A DNA stretch of 64,000 nucleotides from Iphione sp. A-MEVVRFRX5 (taxonomy: Eukaryota). Position 1 is the stretch's first letter; every line of letters starts with the position of its first letter. Position numbers and translations under genes: made by a program. Shown here in pieces: positions 1 through 14,300 of the stretch. The notes under the pieces are model-generated. The model did not search any database and was not told where the DNA came from. It saw nothing but the letters and a program-made list of their open reading frames with translations. The stretch lies in contig OZ320320.1 in NCBI GenBank assembly GCA_976226885.1, positions 29,264,001 to 29,328,000 on the forward strand. Reading direction: 5' to 3'.

Positions 1-2591
1 TTCCTTGTACTGATTAGGAGCTGCGTATCGCTTGGAATCGGTGCTGACGTTCTTATGATATTAGCGTAATTAACATCTAGGTAAATTGGTCGTTTCCTCG
101 GGACTCGAGCCACCTAACCAGCATTATTGCAGAGGCCGTCCCTGGCCGAATCGCTGGCGAAGGAATGTCCTGTTTTGTATCATTAAAGTGTTTTTTTCTC
201 TCTTCTCATATGCCTTTTCAGTACAGCTTGTAATACTCAATCTCCTTAACAGGATGTAAAGCAGGTAGTCTTACGCTTCTAATGTTTTTTCTCCGTTAAA
301 GTTTCTGAGTGTACATTAATGTTTTGTATCGCTCTCCAGTATGCATGTAGATGTCTTTTCAACTGTAAGAGCTTGACGGCCGTTGGCGACGAAAAGGTCT
401 TTTCTTCCAGCACCAGGACACCGACTGGTTGTTTGGTCGCTAACAAGGAAAAACGATCAGAGGGGCCTGTGTACCGTCGACCCCACGTTACAGCCTGATT
501 TGCCACCTGATGCTTCGAGACTCCCGCAGTTTTTAAATGTAAATCTTGAAATACGCTAACCCACCTTTGGAGACAGAGATTACAAAAGGCCACCCAAGGG
601 TCAAGATGGATTAAATATCAAATGTGTCTCATCATTATTTTGATCCGAAAGAAGATTTGTTACCGACCGGGCGCCATTTTCATAAGTTCAAATATCCTCG
701 TTGTCGCTCTCCGTGCCACAAGAAGAAAGGTAAGTAGTATGGGGAAAGTTGAATTTACGTGGGGAAACATCTGCATCGACTATGCACGGCGTTAACTTAC
801 CAATGGCCTTGTGTTATGCAAGGTAACCATACAGTCCATCATTGACTATTGCAACATTTACCTAACAACATGTAACACCTCTGCAAAGAATCCAAAACCC
901 TGCAAAATAGAGTACTTAGGATTATCTACAAAATGAAGATCAATGGACCAATAAAAATTGTTGGGATTGTGAATAAAGCTGCCTAAAACTGTACTTCAGT
1001 TTTTTGTTGGTGTGTCTTATCAACTAGTTAAACTACAATATTGTAGACACGTTATATTATAATGTTACCTGAAGGTCATGATCTAAGGTTTATACAATGC
1101 TGTGTCAAGGTTGTTTCTAACCCAACCAAACTACAACGTTGTAGATATATTGTGTGTTAGCCGGGTTACTTGTGTAATTTATGTCAACAATGCAGAGACT
1201 GCTTGGTTAGGACGACAGTTTATAGAATAAACGTTTTTGAATTGAGATAAATAAATTTGCAGAGGTGGTCTGAGATTACAAGCTTCTGGTTTGAAACATT
1301 CAAGTATACTTTTGAAGCATCATTGACCCATAACAAACTCCCATGAAGCTTTCATATCATAGTCATGTGCGACATCGTTCTGCTGGACTGGTAATGGAAG
1401 TCATTTCAATGACAAAAATGTACAGAGATCACATTGTTACACATTTTGCTCCACCTAGCGATAGTTGACTGAAGTCTCTGGGCTGGAAGTCTTGGTTTGA
1501 ATCCATATTTCTAACAGGGAAAGTTGTCCCTACTACATGCGTGATATTCAAACATAATTTGGATAGATTACTTAAATCTCCACAGAGATGGTGATTGTTT
1601 CCGCTGCAATGCGTACAACTGAATCTGTTTCTAATAATAACACCACTTTTATCACCATGGTTATGCTGTACACTTACCAGGTCTCTTTCAGGGAATATTG
1701 TGCTTTCAATACCTAAGAACTTGTATCTCATACCATGAATTCAGTCTTGAACTGGAGAAGTTGGGTCTCGAGCCAGAATTACTCTGGCTCAAAACATGAA
1801 ACGTTGGGGCTCAGTGTAATCTGCAGATATTCTGACTCAAGGTGGAACTAGGCAATTAAGAGGTGTTAATTGTTTGTAAATTTAGATAAGCCTGCTCAAC
1901 CTGAGGCTAATTTTAGAGCCAGACTTTGTAAATAAGAGACTGAATTTTCCTGAATGAAGGGTGGTCTCTCACTACACTTGAAGAGAGCAAAACTGAATGC
2001 AGATCTCATATGGACATTTTTTCTTAGGCCAGCACTCATCCAAGACCAGGCACACATCACAGTATATAGCTATGTATGCTTAACAGAGATTTTCAATAGA
2101 CTAAATATAACTACTCTAAAGACAACCTAGATAAAAGAAAAAAATTAAACCACATGTAATCCTTCATGGTAGCAGTATAAGAAGGTCAACGGAATCCGGT
2201 GTTATCATCTAAGTGATTAGGGACGGCAACAAGTGCTGGGTCAGGATCTCCCAGTGCCGATGGCCGAGGGCTTGGATGCAGTCCAAGCCTGAGGCCTGAG
2301 GCACAGGGAGATCCGAGCCAGCATGAGGAAAAGTCATTAATCATGGTTCTGACATGGTTTTTGATGGAACTAACCCTTAGCATGGCTTGAAATTCTCAAT
2401 ATTTTGTCTATTTGGAAGCATTTCGGATGAAGGAAGTGCACATGATTGATATAATTTTCTAGGTCATGAGCATTTGCATTGGCTAATCAACACGCCATGT
2501 TTATCCAATGAGAATGCAATAATACAGGTTGGGACGACTTTTGTACTAAGGACTTGGCCTTAGGTTTTAGACATTTCTTAGACATTGAAAG

Positions 2592-2740
2592 TACAGTAGA
2601 AAGCCTCTAATCAAAGCCTCTGGTTCTGTCCCAAAGTGTCCCTATTTGAGACGTGTCCCTGTTAGAGGCTTCTTTTAATGTAGAACAAATAGAATCTGTT
2701 CTTCCCCGACATGTCCCTATTGGAGACATGTATAGGAGTG
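2592..2740. mobile_element. Possible pogo-type MITE remnant (one terminus)
   Basis: TA|CAGTAGAAAGCCTCTAAT, an internal inverted TTAGAGGCTTCT and repeated TGTCCCTATT.GAGAC. A similar TGTCTCAATTGAGACATGTCCCC lies at about 30825. No second TIR found. Confidence 0.35.
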
Positions 2741-4317
2741 TCATCGCCAACCATGTTAGAACCACAATCATGAAGTATCGGATTGTTCATTAGTCACAAC
2801 AGCGGCTTGTGCATAAAATTATGGACTGGCGTGACTTTGACCATCTGACAACCAGGCGGTACTTTCCTACCACAAACGAGATATCTTCCCTACATAACAC
2901 AAAAAATAGGCGTGTTTCTGGTCACCCACCCCTACCTAGTAAAACCACACCCTACCTAAAAATTGTTGGGCCCCAAAGAGTTTCCTAGGCTGAATTTCTG
3001 TAGATATGTGTTTTCACACCACATGTTTTTGGTAAATTCAATAGAAAAACAACAAAAAACATGGAAATTCAACAAAGAACTGTAAAACTCATGCAAATTG
3101 GTCAAAATTCTGTATAGTGGTTATCATAGCCTTTGTTGCGTGCTGGTGTGGCATGGCATACTGCAATGAAAAACCATTATTAATATCATCAAGGATAATA
3201 CAGTCGTCATTATGAACATGTGCCATCTCGTATGGTGGGAGAAGGACGTCAAGGTTTGTCGCCGTGGTGAGGGTGAGGGGGCAACCAAACTGATATATAT
3301 TTGAACAGTAGATGACAGAAATTGATGTGACCATACCAAAGACCGAGACTAGAGAATGTGCCTCGAAGATGGCTCCATAATAAAGGAACACCCCTCCCCC
3401 AGATTATTTAATCTATTACTCTCCCAAAAAGACACACAAGACAAATCTGCTAGAGAGAAATGTTCTACAATATCTTATGTGACAAAGTTTTCACCTGTAT
3501 CATTTGTATATAGTTTTTAACCCTGCATATTTAATGATCATGCTTATTGTATCATAATAGAGATAGAAAAGACACCAGTGTAGGACAACCACCAACAAGC
3601 AACACACTCTAACGAACATCAGGATTAAAAAAGACCTCAGGATGACAAATTACAAAGTGACATCACAGAGTTGACACAAGACAGACCCCCTCCAACAGAT
3701 TTCACCACATCTGTAACCACACAGACTGATGTATTCTACCAAAATCTTGGAATTAAAACCAGCCACACTCTAGCAAAAGACTCCCTTGCAACTTAGGGTG
3801 GAACCACTAAGTCTGCATGGTCCAAGGTGACATAGATGGGACATACAGTCCCTACCTTGTGTGGCATGGGATTTCCTGCTATGCATCTCTGCCAACCCTC
3901 CAGCCAGAAACATGGAGTCTCCACAACTGTGACCAAGACTGACATCATCAAAAGAAAACGATTCTATTACTTTCAAAATGATTGTTTCCTAGTGTGCATG
4001 GTATGTGGTGCATGTGCAAGGTGCAGAGAGGTCCGTAGGCCAAAAATGGACCTGGGTCATAAATTTACACTTTTCCACACTGCGGAGAGCCACAGAGAGC
4101 AGTAGCATATATAGATGGGGGTTTTCAGATGGATAGACACTGTCTATCTTATGAAAGATGTTGTGAATTATTTTGTAATTTGCATACCATTTGCATAAGA
4201 ATGGCACAATGTTGACTGATATGCTTTGGCCTCCATGAAAAACCGAACAATTTTGACTGCCTCAACCTCCATTAAAAACCACACAATTTTGACCGATAAG
4301 CCTCAGCCTCCATACAT

Positions 4318-4390
4318 ACATTACATACACACATACATACACTCTCTCTGTGTCTCTGTGTCTGTCTGTCTGTCTCTTTCTGTCTCTCTC
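4318..4390. repeat. Compound microsatellite (ACAT/AC, TC/TG/TCTG)
   Basis: Directly visible. Confidence 0.85.
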
Positions 4391-6849
4391 CCCACTCATG
4401 CCTGGAAAGCACCCCTCCAGACAGGTGCGGGAACACAGCCGATTTTCACACAGCCAAGCAGTGCAGAGAAATCTCCGTATACAAGGAAAGTGGTGGGCCT
4501 TAGTGCTACCCAAACTGGCGGGTTTAAACAAGGACTACTAATACAGGAATACTTGAAGAAGGAAGGGTGCGTATCATCTATCTGGTGGACAAAACACATA
4601 ATTATGTATATGATCAATGGACCTTCCGTGTCTACCCTTCCACTCTCCCTGCTATGTTGACCTTTAACATCTAAGCCTGAATCAGGCCGGAGAAAACAGC
4701 AGTATCCTCCATGTTAAATATGTCTTTTTTAAACAGTTGGAACATTGGGAAAAACACTTGTTGCTAGAGATATCACATCCACTTGACGCCGCATGCACTC
4801 TAGAAATAGGTTGAGGAGAGTTACTTTGCCCACTTCTTCTAGCCTTGGTATAGGTAGTAGTATTTTTTCCATTGCCTAGAATGATAGGGAACCTGATTTT
4901 CAGGCATGTTTTGGAATTCTATGTACCTGGTACTGTTACCAGACAAATTGAATTTCAAGGTACACTCTCAGTGGCGTTGACCGACAGGTTCGTCCTCCAT
5001 CCATTTGATATTCTTGACAGCCATGTGTAACACAGTGGCTGTGTTATATTATTTCACATGGGTATGTGATAATCCTCTGACGCTTGGCATTCAGATAATG
5101 TTATGTGACAAAATGAGGCATCGTCCTGGTAATGGGATAAAGCAATGTTTAAGATCGTATTTATTATAAATGTGGAAAGTGACTACATTGTATAGTACAG
5201 AGATATAAGGATTGTACAATTTAACAGCAGAGTCATATTCTGTATGTGCACTGACGTGTTTGATGACACAAGCATTCAAGAGGTTATTTTAGTAAATGCA
5301 CTAACATGATAAAGTTCTCAGAGTAAGGTGTCAAGGAGAAGCTGTTGAGGGTTATCTGTGCAAAGGCACATGGAAAGGACGTTAAATAGGGGCTTGTGAC
5401 CCAAGTGCGGAGTTAATAAAATAATTGGCCCAACTGTAACCCAGGTTGGAGTCTAGAGGTTAAAATGCAACCCCAGGTTATGACCTCTTGTTATATGATG
5501 ATCACAGTTGTTTGTACTTTTCAGATTCTTCTGACAACTGTGCGTGTACGTCTATTTCAGCAATAAAGGATTAACTAAACTGGAAAATGAGTCTTCCCAA
5601 ATTGTATTGTGTTACAAATATTTTTTGCAAGTGTTTAAATCTGAGCCATACTACCATATAACCAGCCATTTTTTATAATTGTTTCTTTCTTTTATTTTAT
5701 CTTCACTTATGATGGCTAGCTCGTTGTGTCTTTGTTTTGGATTTCAAAGCTGACTTTTTGGTAGTGACTTGCTTTTTATACTGGATTTTCCCGGTCCTGA
5801 TTGAGTGCAGTCTCCTGACTTCTTGGTGTTGGACTTTACAGATCTGACCCACATGTAAAGATATATATGACTAACAGAAAGTACTTGTAACAATCATTTT
5901 CTTTTTGTGATAATGTCAAGTCTACATTCCATTGTGAATCAATGTCTTCAACGATGACTCTGTTTATACGACATTTCTACTTCAGGACTCAGTTCAGAGC
6001 CCATGTCCTCTTTCTGTAAATGTTGAATGGTATCTCTTTTGGTCAGTTTTTGATAATCTTTTTGGGTACAGTGTACATTTCTTGGGACCCTGGAACCTTC
6101 CTGGTGCTGAAGAATCATTCTATCTCTTCTTTAGACACCCTTCCAGATAGGCTCCTCACTTTCCTTCACACTCTCATCCTCCTCTGTCTCATCTTGCCTA
6201 TTAGCAGGGTGATAAGAAAGCAAGATATCTACCATGACTCCCAGTCAAGCGCATAATGTTGGAATTTGTTGATGCTTTTGAAATAACTCATACTTTTCAG
6301 TGGGAACCTGGACCATTTTTCATATACTGTATATTGTAATAGACTATTCAGCACTGGTTTGACTGCATTCATTAGGAGAACTATCATTTGGGGATTGTCA
6401 ACACTGCGAGCTTCTCTGTGTCTCGAGATATGGGATGAACTTTCTCTATAGTAAATTTCTATGATTATCTCGTCAATGCATGCTTATCTGCCTCTGAGAT
6501 ATGTATGGTTCCATACAATAGAGTTCACCTATTGTACTCCCTTCTTCCTCTGTTTACCACGTATCTTACTCTAGTGGTGAAGTTGCTAATTTCTGTCATG
6601 TCTATGCCACTTTTTAACATAGAGCTTGATTCCCTGGTTAACATGGTTAATAACATCACCCCCTGTATTAAGACATATCGCTTTCTCAAAGTCATGTCCA
6701 CTTAACCCCCTCCCATCCCTGCAGATCTGTCCCCCCCCACCTCCAGTCTACCTAGCTTGCCCCCCCCCCCCCAAAGCCCCGCCCTCCTCGGATACCCAGT
6801 GAGCATGCCCACTCACTGCACTGGGTGCAGGTGGCTTATTAAGGTCCCC

Positions 6850-7230
6850 ATGTCATGACACTCCAATCAGTATGACTTCTTCCTCTTCACCCAACCCAGG
6901 TGACCAGTGCCCAGTGCACAATTCAATACTAGTATCTGTGCATAATAGTTGAATACAATGTGGTCCCACCATAGGAAATTGTTGTGTTCATTGGTGTGCA
7001 GAGCAGGTATCGATAAGGTATGGTATGGCACAACATGGTAGTCTATCAGTAGCAGTATTGCTAGTCTCTGTGAAACATTTAAAGAAGAAGACTAAATTCA
7101 TGGCACCTTGTTGTCAATGAACATATAGAGTCAGGTAGTACCCAGGTTTGCTTATGTACAGCACCATGGAATGAACTCCATTGAAAGAGTGTACACACAA
7201 GCATCAACACCCCTAAGACTGACTCTCATC
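6850..7230 (-). mobile_element. Probable highly decayed non-LTR retrotransposon (CR1/L2-like) post-RT fragment
   Basis: Frameshifted remnants resemble the consensus YLG..ID.KL / SQRL..L / Y...IRP.LEYA..WSPGL (FIDNK, VSQRLAIL, YYAQILVLNCA, WSPGL). Judged by eye only. Confidence 0.4.
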
Positions 7231-9751
7231 AAGATGACAATACTGTAGGTGATTGCAACAAGGAAATATTAGCAACAAACACTCTCGTGGCTTGCACACG
7301 AGAGAGGTGCAATGGTCTGGGTCAAAAGTGCACTCAATCTACAGGCAGATACAATATTTCTACCTGCAGAACTGTGATCTAGTCCTCATTAAGAATGAAA
7401 CAGTCAGGATAAGACACAGGTTAACTGCCTCTTTGTTGCAGAAGCAAGAAAATCTCCATAATGTGAATATACTGTATGCTTGATCATGTTACTACTGTGT
7501 ATTCTCTGACTATCAATTTGTATTCACTAGTAATTAAGTAATTTCATGTATTAACAAAGGAAAACTCTACTACGCCTGAGATTTGGTTAATAAAAGCAAT
7601 TCAATTCAATTCAATATGTTCACAGCAATTTCTCCTAGAACATCAGTTTGAGCAATGAAGTCAGCACAGCTTTCTGTTGTCCTTTAGGGGTGTCAGGCAT
7701 GAAAAACTATAGTAGAGGTAAGTGTTATAATAGTGATTAAAGTAAGACTTAATCATTCAATTCGGTCATACATATGAGAGTTTCATAGAACTAAAGCTTT
7801 CATGTACTTATTTGGTAGAAAAAATCATGGGAAGAGAAGTCCCATCGCTTACAGAATATACAGACCCATTGACTAGAATCGCTTAATGCCAATGCATATA
7901 CATCAGGCTAGATGTGCTAAAGCAATGATTTATGCTATCAGTTGTATATTTTTTGATAAATGATATCAAAGTTTAAGGTATCAAGAAGTTGAATATATTG
8001 AAAGCATAAGTGAAATACTTTAGTCAGGTGTAATGGTATACATGTAAGTTTGAAGAATTAGTAGTAACTACACTATATATGGTTAGTGTTCAGTGCAAAT
8101 TATGAAATTTCTAAGGTCATGTGACCAGTAACACAATGTTAGCCATTATTTTGGGCAAGAATCACATAAATAGTCTTCCTAGATGAGATATCTTGATAAC
8201 TCAAGATTGCAATACTCACATAAAAAGATGGAGTTCAATCCTAATTATATTTTTGGACACTGTACAGTATGCAACATTTTGATGCTGTGTAATATATGAA
8301 TTAATCATAAATATCAATTATTGCATAGATCCAGTTCTAAAAAAAGATATTTTCAGATAGATTTCATTTCCTGGTAGAGACTTTGTCATATTTATATTTG
8401 GTATAGGTGTTAACAATATTCTTACATCCTGTTGCTATGGTAACCTATTTAATGTTTTTGGAAATAGCGTGTCTAAATATCTCATCATATGGCTCAAAAT
8501 ATCTGTTTAGGAAAGAATTTTCCCCCAAAGTCTTGCAACAGATTACGTTTTTCATGACCACGTTTTTCATTTTTTGTTATTTCTCGTTCTTTTAAATGCT
8601 TGACATTTTATTCCAAATGCCTTGGATACCACATTTCATGGCTGGTTACCTATGTAGTAGTTCCCTTTACTGAGATGAAGGAGAACAAAATAAGACAAAC
8701 ACCGAGGTGAAAGAAATGAAAAAAAAAACCTTGGCAATTTTTGCCGTCCTTTGTGTGCATCTTACAACATCATAACGGAAAATCCAATGTCTCAGGTGGA
8801 TACAAAATCAACTGTTTTTCATCCAGAAATGCGATGACTCAATCACTTTGTGTCACCCTAACTTTTGTAATATTTTCCATCATTCCACAGTAAAGAACCT
8901 TAAGTACTTGAATAATCAAAATTGGAAATGTGATAGACATCTTTATCTATTGAGAAGTGACAGATGGTTATATAAGTCTAAAAGATAGTGTTGTAACAGA
9001 CAGCCACACTGTGCATTTTCCGCGTTTCAGATGCAAAGAACACAGTGAAATGCGTTGCAGTGCTATGGAATACAGTATAACCTTCGTATCCGATTCAGTG
9101 CAAAGCCTTTTAACAAAGTAACTGGTGATCTTGACTACATCAGCGTACGTGTGAAGAAGTAGGAGAGTAAAGTCATGCTAAAATAAACACGTCTCCTGTG
9201 ACATACAAAAGTCCTTTGAAGTCTACAGAAGGCAACAGTTTGTTTTGCAGATGATGGTGATATGCGGATACCCATATTTTTTCCCTCTGTGTGTTTACTG
9301 CTTGTATTAAGAATATGTACTTGTTTTAACTACAGTAGAGTCTTAATTGCCGACCAGTCGTGGGGACCAACCCCAAATGGTCAGAATGGCGAGTATGGTT
9401 GGAAATCAGTTTGTAGGGGGTCTGGGCTTTAAATCATATCCTTTTTTCCCATTATCTTTATTAACATGTGTAAAATACAGAAATTGATTGGGAATAGTTC
9501 AATACTCAATAATCAAAGTTCAATAAAGAAAAGGATTTAAAAAATATTTATAAATAAAACAAAATAATTCAGACTGAAATGTTCATTTATTCAAGCATAT
9601 ACATCAGACCAATAAATCAATACATGGAATGCACATGGTATGTATGAATAAATGAAATGGATGTAAATATTTAAAACATCTTTGTGACTTAAAAAAGAAT
9701 CAATAGTGGCCTGTATCTTCTTGGACTGCTGGAGATGTTTCCCAAATGAGT

Positions 9752-10913
9752 TCATTGTTGCCAATAGGGTTTCTGAGGGGGGGGGGTATTAGCACCATGG
9801 TGGAGGAAGTGATGCCTCCACTGTTCCATTATGTCCATTGCCTTTGCATGGGAGATTGTAGGAGGTGATGTGTCTTTTTCTTCCTCTTCTTCATCTTTTT
9901 CTTGATCTTTCTTAGGCAGCAAGTCAGAGTCCACATCCTGATTGTGGGATGAGAGTTCTGCATCCATCCCACAATAGTCATCTGGTAGGCAAGAATCCAC
10001 CACAGGGAGCACTCTCTGTGCCTTCCTCACTAGCTCTGCCAGTGGGATGTCATCTTCTTCATCTTCTTCTTCCTCCTCCACTGGACAGGTCTGATCAGGA
10101 AGCTTCACCCCAGCTTTGAGGAAACATTTCCTGACTGTCTCAGGTTTTACCTGCTGAAGAGAGTCCTTCACCCAGTAGACCACCCGGTGTAGATCTACAG
10201 ACTTGATGAGTGAGTGAAGGTCTATGGGACCCTCCATAGAGTCAGCCTTCTGGAGGAAATAACTGAGCAGCTTCTTCTTGTAGATGGTCTTGAGATTCTG
10301 GATGATGCCCTGATCCAGGGGCTGCAGTCTTGACGTTGCATGTGGAGGGAGGAAGACCATCTCCACATGGCTGAGCTTCATATCATGTGGGTGTGAGGGT
10401 GCATTATTAGGAGAAGAACATGCCTCCCTTGCCTCTTCATCTTGTTGTTAAATTTCTGGATCCATTTCTCAAATATGGAGGCTGTCATCCAGGCCCTGGA
10501 GTTAGCCTTCCAAGTGACAGGGAGTGTAGACATGTCAACATGTCTGAAGCACCGGGGGCCTTCTGGGCCTTTCCTATCACCAGCGTTTTTTCAAACTCTC
10601 CCTCCATGTTGCAACAGAGAGAGAGAGTTATCCTTTCTTTGGATTTCTTCACCCCACTTGCTGTGGCTCCTTTCTTGACAAGGGTCTTGTCAGGGATGAT
10701 CCTATGGAAGAGATCTGTCTCATCCATATTGTAAATGTCCCTGGGGGCATATCTCCTCAGCTTCTCCTCCATGATCTCTCTCTTTCTCTTCAGGATGCAC
10801 TGCATCTGAGTCTTGCCAACCTCGAATTCCTCAGTAAGACTTCTCTGGCTTCTTCCGGTGGAGACCAAGATGAGTCTAACCTTGTCTCCAAGGGATAGCT
10901 CATTTCTGGGCAT
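9752..10913 (-). pseudogene. Disrupted pogo/Tigger DDD transposase
   Basis: HTH-psq-like N-terminus, IYNMDETxLF, K(S)KERIT, GK..PRCF, W.ANSRAWMT and FLPPHATSRLQPLDQGII. Frameshifts at about 10555 and about 10410; the second removes the catalytic D of the DNA motif. The CENP-B-type second HTH is missing. Confidence 0.92.
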
Positions 10914-11050
10914 CTTGCTGCATGGTCTGGAGCTGTTTGGAGCTGGCTGGAGCAGTGTGTCCTTGCTGGAATCCAGGAGAAGAGAGATTTCTTCAGCTGT
11001 CTGTAGCTCCTTATGTAAGAGAGAAGGCCCAGGTTGGGCGGAAAATCCTG

Positions 11051-11358
11051 CCGACCTCTTCCAATACCTTCTCTAAGGTGTGAGCAGATCAGAGGAGTGG
11101 TTGATACCTCCGATCTTTCCCACCAACCTCTTCAGGGTGAGAGGTATACATCAGAGAGGTCGCTGTTGACACCTCCGACCTCTTCTGCCACCTTCTCCAG
11201 GGTAAAGGAACATCAGAGAGGTCGCCGTTGATGGCTCAAACCTCCTCCGCCACCTTCTCCAGGGTGTGAGCAGATCAGAGAAGTCACGGTTGATGCCCCC
11301 GACCTCTGCCGCCACCTTCTCCAGGGTGTGAGGTATACATCAGAGAAGTCATGGTTCA
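11051..11358. repeat. Degenerate minisatellite, about 5 units of 59-65 bp, inside the transposon 5' region
   Basis: Recurrent CCACCTTCTCCAGGGTGTGAG..ATCAGAGA.GTC...GTTGA...CCGACCTC units. Confidence 0.9.
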
Positions 11359-14300
11359 TGCTTGGTCAGTTATCAGTAGTAAAATATACTTATTATTGAA
11401 CCTTTATCAATTGGTCATAGGTGAATATGGTTGCTGATAGATTTGGTCATAAAATCAATAATCAATCATATTCGTTTTGTATGGAGATCGTTTCACTTTT
11501 GAGCTGAAATGGTCGGAATAGCCTGTTTGGTCAGTAATTGCATAGGTCGAAATTAAGACTGTACTGTACATATAACACCTTGCTATTCCAAATCCTCGTT
11601 CTTCCAGTTCATTTGTTATTCCAGGTGGTAATCTGAAATGGCATGACTTCCTCTTTTGTTATATATGCAAGGCTCTCAGTATCCTAGCAAATAAGACGAG
11701 ATGAAAAAAGATCCCCTCACGCCACAAATTATTTAAATCAACTTTTGATATCTACTTCCTGGTTTTCATTTAAAAACTCGTATTTGACTCTCTCATTTGA
11801 TTCAACAGTACCCGACGGGCCAATAGTACCAATTAGCAATTACTCTCTCAGTCCTGCGAAGAATCTTGTCTTCACTCTATCCGGAAATAGTAGCATTGGT
11901 TGGCGGAAGGTGTCTTTTATGTCGTGCTGTTGGTGGCGCCCTCTTTTTTTCAGCGTCGGTATCTAACTGTTTCAGAAAAGGTTGACCAGCGTTCAGAGAC
12001 ATCTTCACTGACGAGGGAAGAGTGAGAGGAGGTTTCACCCGTATTCCCAGTCACAGTAAATAGACTCATTGTCATTCAAGCCACTATCAAACATATTATA
12101 ACCCAAGGTTGTTTGAATGAAATCACCTATGGTAGGATATTTGCTTCAATCTACAACGCTACGAAAGACATCACAATTTCTCTAATACCTTTATAAAATG
12201 TTGCCTGAAATAAAGCCACCATATCAGTTGTTTAGTATTTGCATAGAGTCTTGATAAAGGTGCTTTGTAAATGTTCATATAATATTGTATATAGATATGT
12301 GTGCTCTAGGGAGACTTTTATAGGTTGTAACATGTTTTTTCCAACAGGATTTTACGCTCTCTTGCTTCTCCCTCCCTCTACTACCCTCTTACTCTGCCTC
12401 CTACTAGTGACAAATAAAATACCAAATGATGTCCCAATTTTTACTGAAGGAGCTATTTATTACTTTAGTGTCGTAAATGTCTCTTAGTGATATTTGCTGC
12501 TGCAGCGTTTATAGAAGCACACTAAACACAATTTAGCAGAATATAAGTAACCCTAAAGAATATTTACTTGTGCACAAAAATATCTCAGATAGAGTGAGGT
12601 ATTTTCGGAACTTTTCTTCACAAATATCGATATCCCATTTCCATAAAATTCAGTCATTCATAAGGAAAATATCCCAATTTCGTATTTGATACTGACTAAA
12701 AAGCGTTTACCCCTCATAACATGAAAGATAAAAAAATCACTAAAAATTTTTGTAATTGTTAAATTATTGATGAAAAATGCAATGTGATAGATGCCATTCC
12801 GTTTACAAAGTATATATCTGACCCTGGCCATTTTCACTTGCACGAGATATGACTGATCTTTATCTAATTTAAGTATTGATATGGGATATTTTGTTGTCTG
12901 AATCAATATTTGTTTAATCTAGACGGTAAAAAAGTAAACTGAAAGCAAGTTTTATCTCTTTTCTATACATGAAATAGGCAGATCGTACCTGCATTCATTA
13001 CTGAATTAAACTTGATGTCTCTTTTAATCGCTAAAAAGGAACGGGAGAAAGTCAGAAGACAGCTGATGAGACATTCTTCAAAATATTATCCCGGAAGACA
13101 TTGAAGTAATAGAAAGAGACCACAAGTATGTATCATGTTATTCTTTTGAATCCAGACGGATGGGGGTGTTTACTCCTCTCCGGCACTGTGCTTCGACTAT
13201 GGGCAGCTGTTGGTATTTAAGAGAAAACTCTTCCATGTAATGTTTGGCCTATGGACGAATATTGGAATGGCGCTGCACGGATCACAGTATCAGAAACGGA
13301 TATGATATTTGGCATGGGATTCTTCATTAACTGGAGTAATTGTGCAACGGTGGTACTTCTAGAAACGAAAGTCAGGAAAAAGATTTCCTGTATATGGTAG
13401 CCTGTAAAACATAAAAGATTGTTACAAAATAAACGAACATATATAAGTAACCTCAGAATATATTTATTGATGCTCTACATGGTGATTTTATCAAATCATC
13501 TATCACAGAAGGAAAACTTCCTATTTGATTTTATTACCACAGTAAAACATGGATATATATCTTAGCATATCTAGACACAAAATATCATCGTGGACGATTA
13601 ACAATCGATCTGAGAAGGAACACTCACTCTATCCACAGATTTAACGCTAGAGTTAGATTCTGGAATGTTCAGAAATGTTTCCTGTAGAGCCTATGTCGAC
13701 GAGTACACTTAATTTACCGGAGGTTGTTTTTCGTGGTAGACTTTACATTCGTGTTGCTCATATTACAGTGTGCGGGTAGGTCTAGACCATACTGCCATTT
13801 CTAATAAGTAGCACTCCATGTTTTCTTAATTTTCAGAGCAAATTCCTCACTGAATACAACTCATTTTCTTCTATTGCATTATATCTGAATGACGGAATAA
13901 ACGATATACATATTTGGTGAGAATTTAAAATAAATAGTCTAAACTTGATTGTCTGAAGGAGACGTGATCGCCAACTAATATACTTGCGTATTTTGTTCTG
14001 AATTCATATATCACACGTTAGTCATTTCCGAAAACCCATCATACACGTCTGTGTAAATACCTAAAATGGGACTATTTCACAAGTCATAAGAGCCTTCTCA
14101 ATCTTTAAGCCATGATAAAAAAAGATCATCAGTAAAGTAAACTTCAAAAGGTGTTTTTCAAAAGCCTTAAAATGGAAGGGCAAGGTGGCATATTAACACT
14201 CCTGGATTGGGAGGATTTCTAGTTGTAATTCTGGCCAATGGAAGGGAGCGTCATAATCATATCTAACTTAGGTTGCTGTCAACATATAGCTTTTTATTAT

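Larger units (their letters stand above)
9333..11566 (-). mobile_element. pogo/Tigger-family (Tc1/mariner superfamily) DNA transposon, complete termini, non-autonomous
   Basis: TIRs CAGTAGAGTCTTAATT and CAGTACAGTCTTAATT (15/16 match), each flanked by a TA target-site duplication (9331-9332, 11567-11568). Internal transposase remnant. Confidence 0.93.

Noticed and set aside
8431-8444. RFX X-box-like palindrome GTTGCTATGGTAAC
   Set aside because: It sits in AT-rich, repeat-like DNA with no nearby promoter evidence.
11051-11358. Tandem array considered as CRISPR-like or as a coding repeat
   Set aside because: Eukaryotic context, no unique spacers, and unit lengths mostly not multiples of 3; it is a minisatellite within the transposon.
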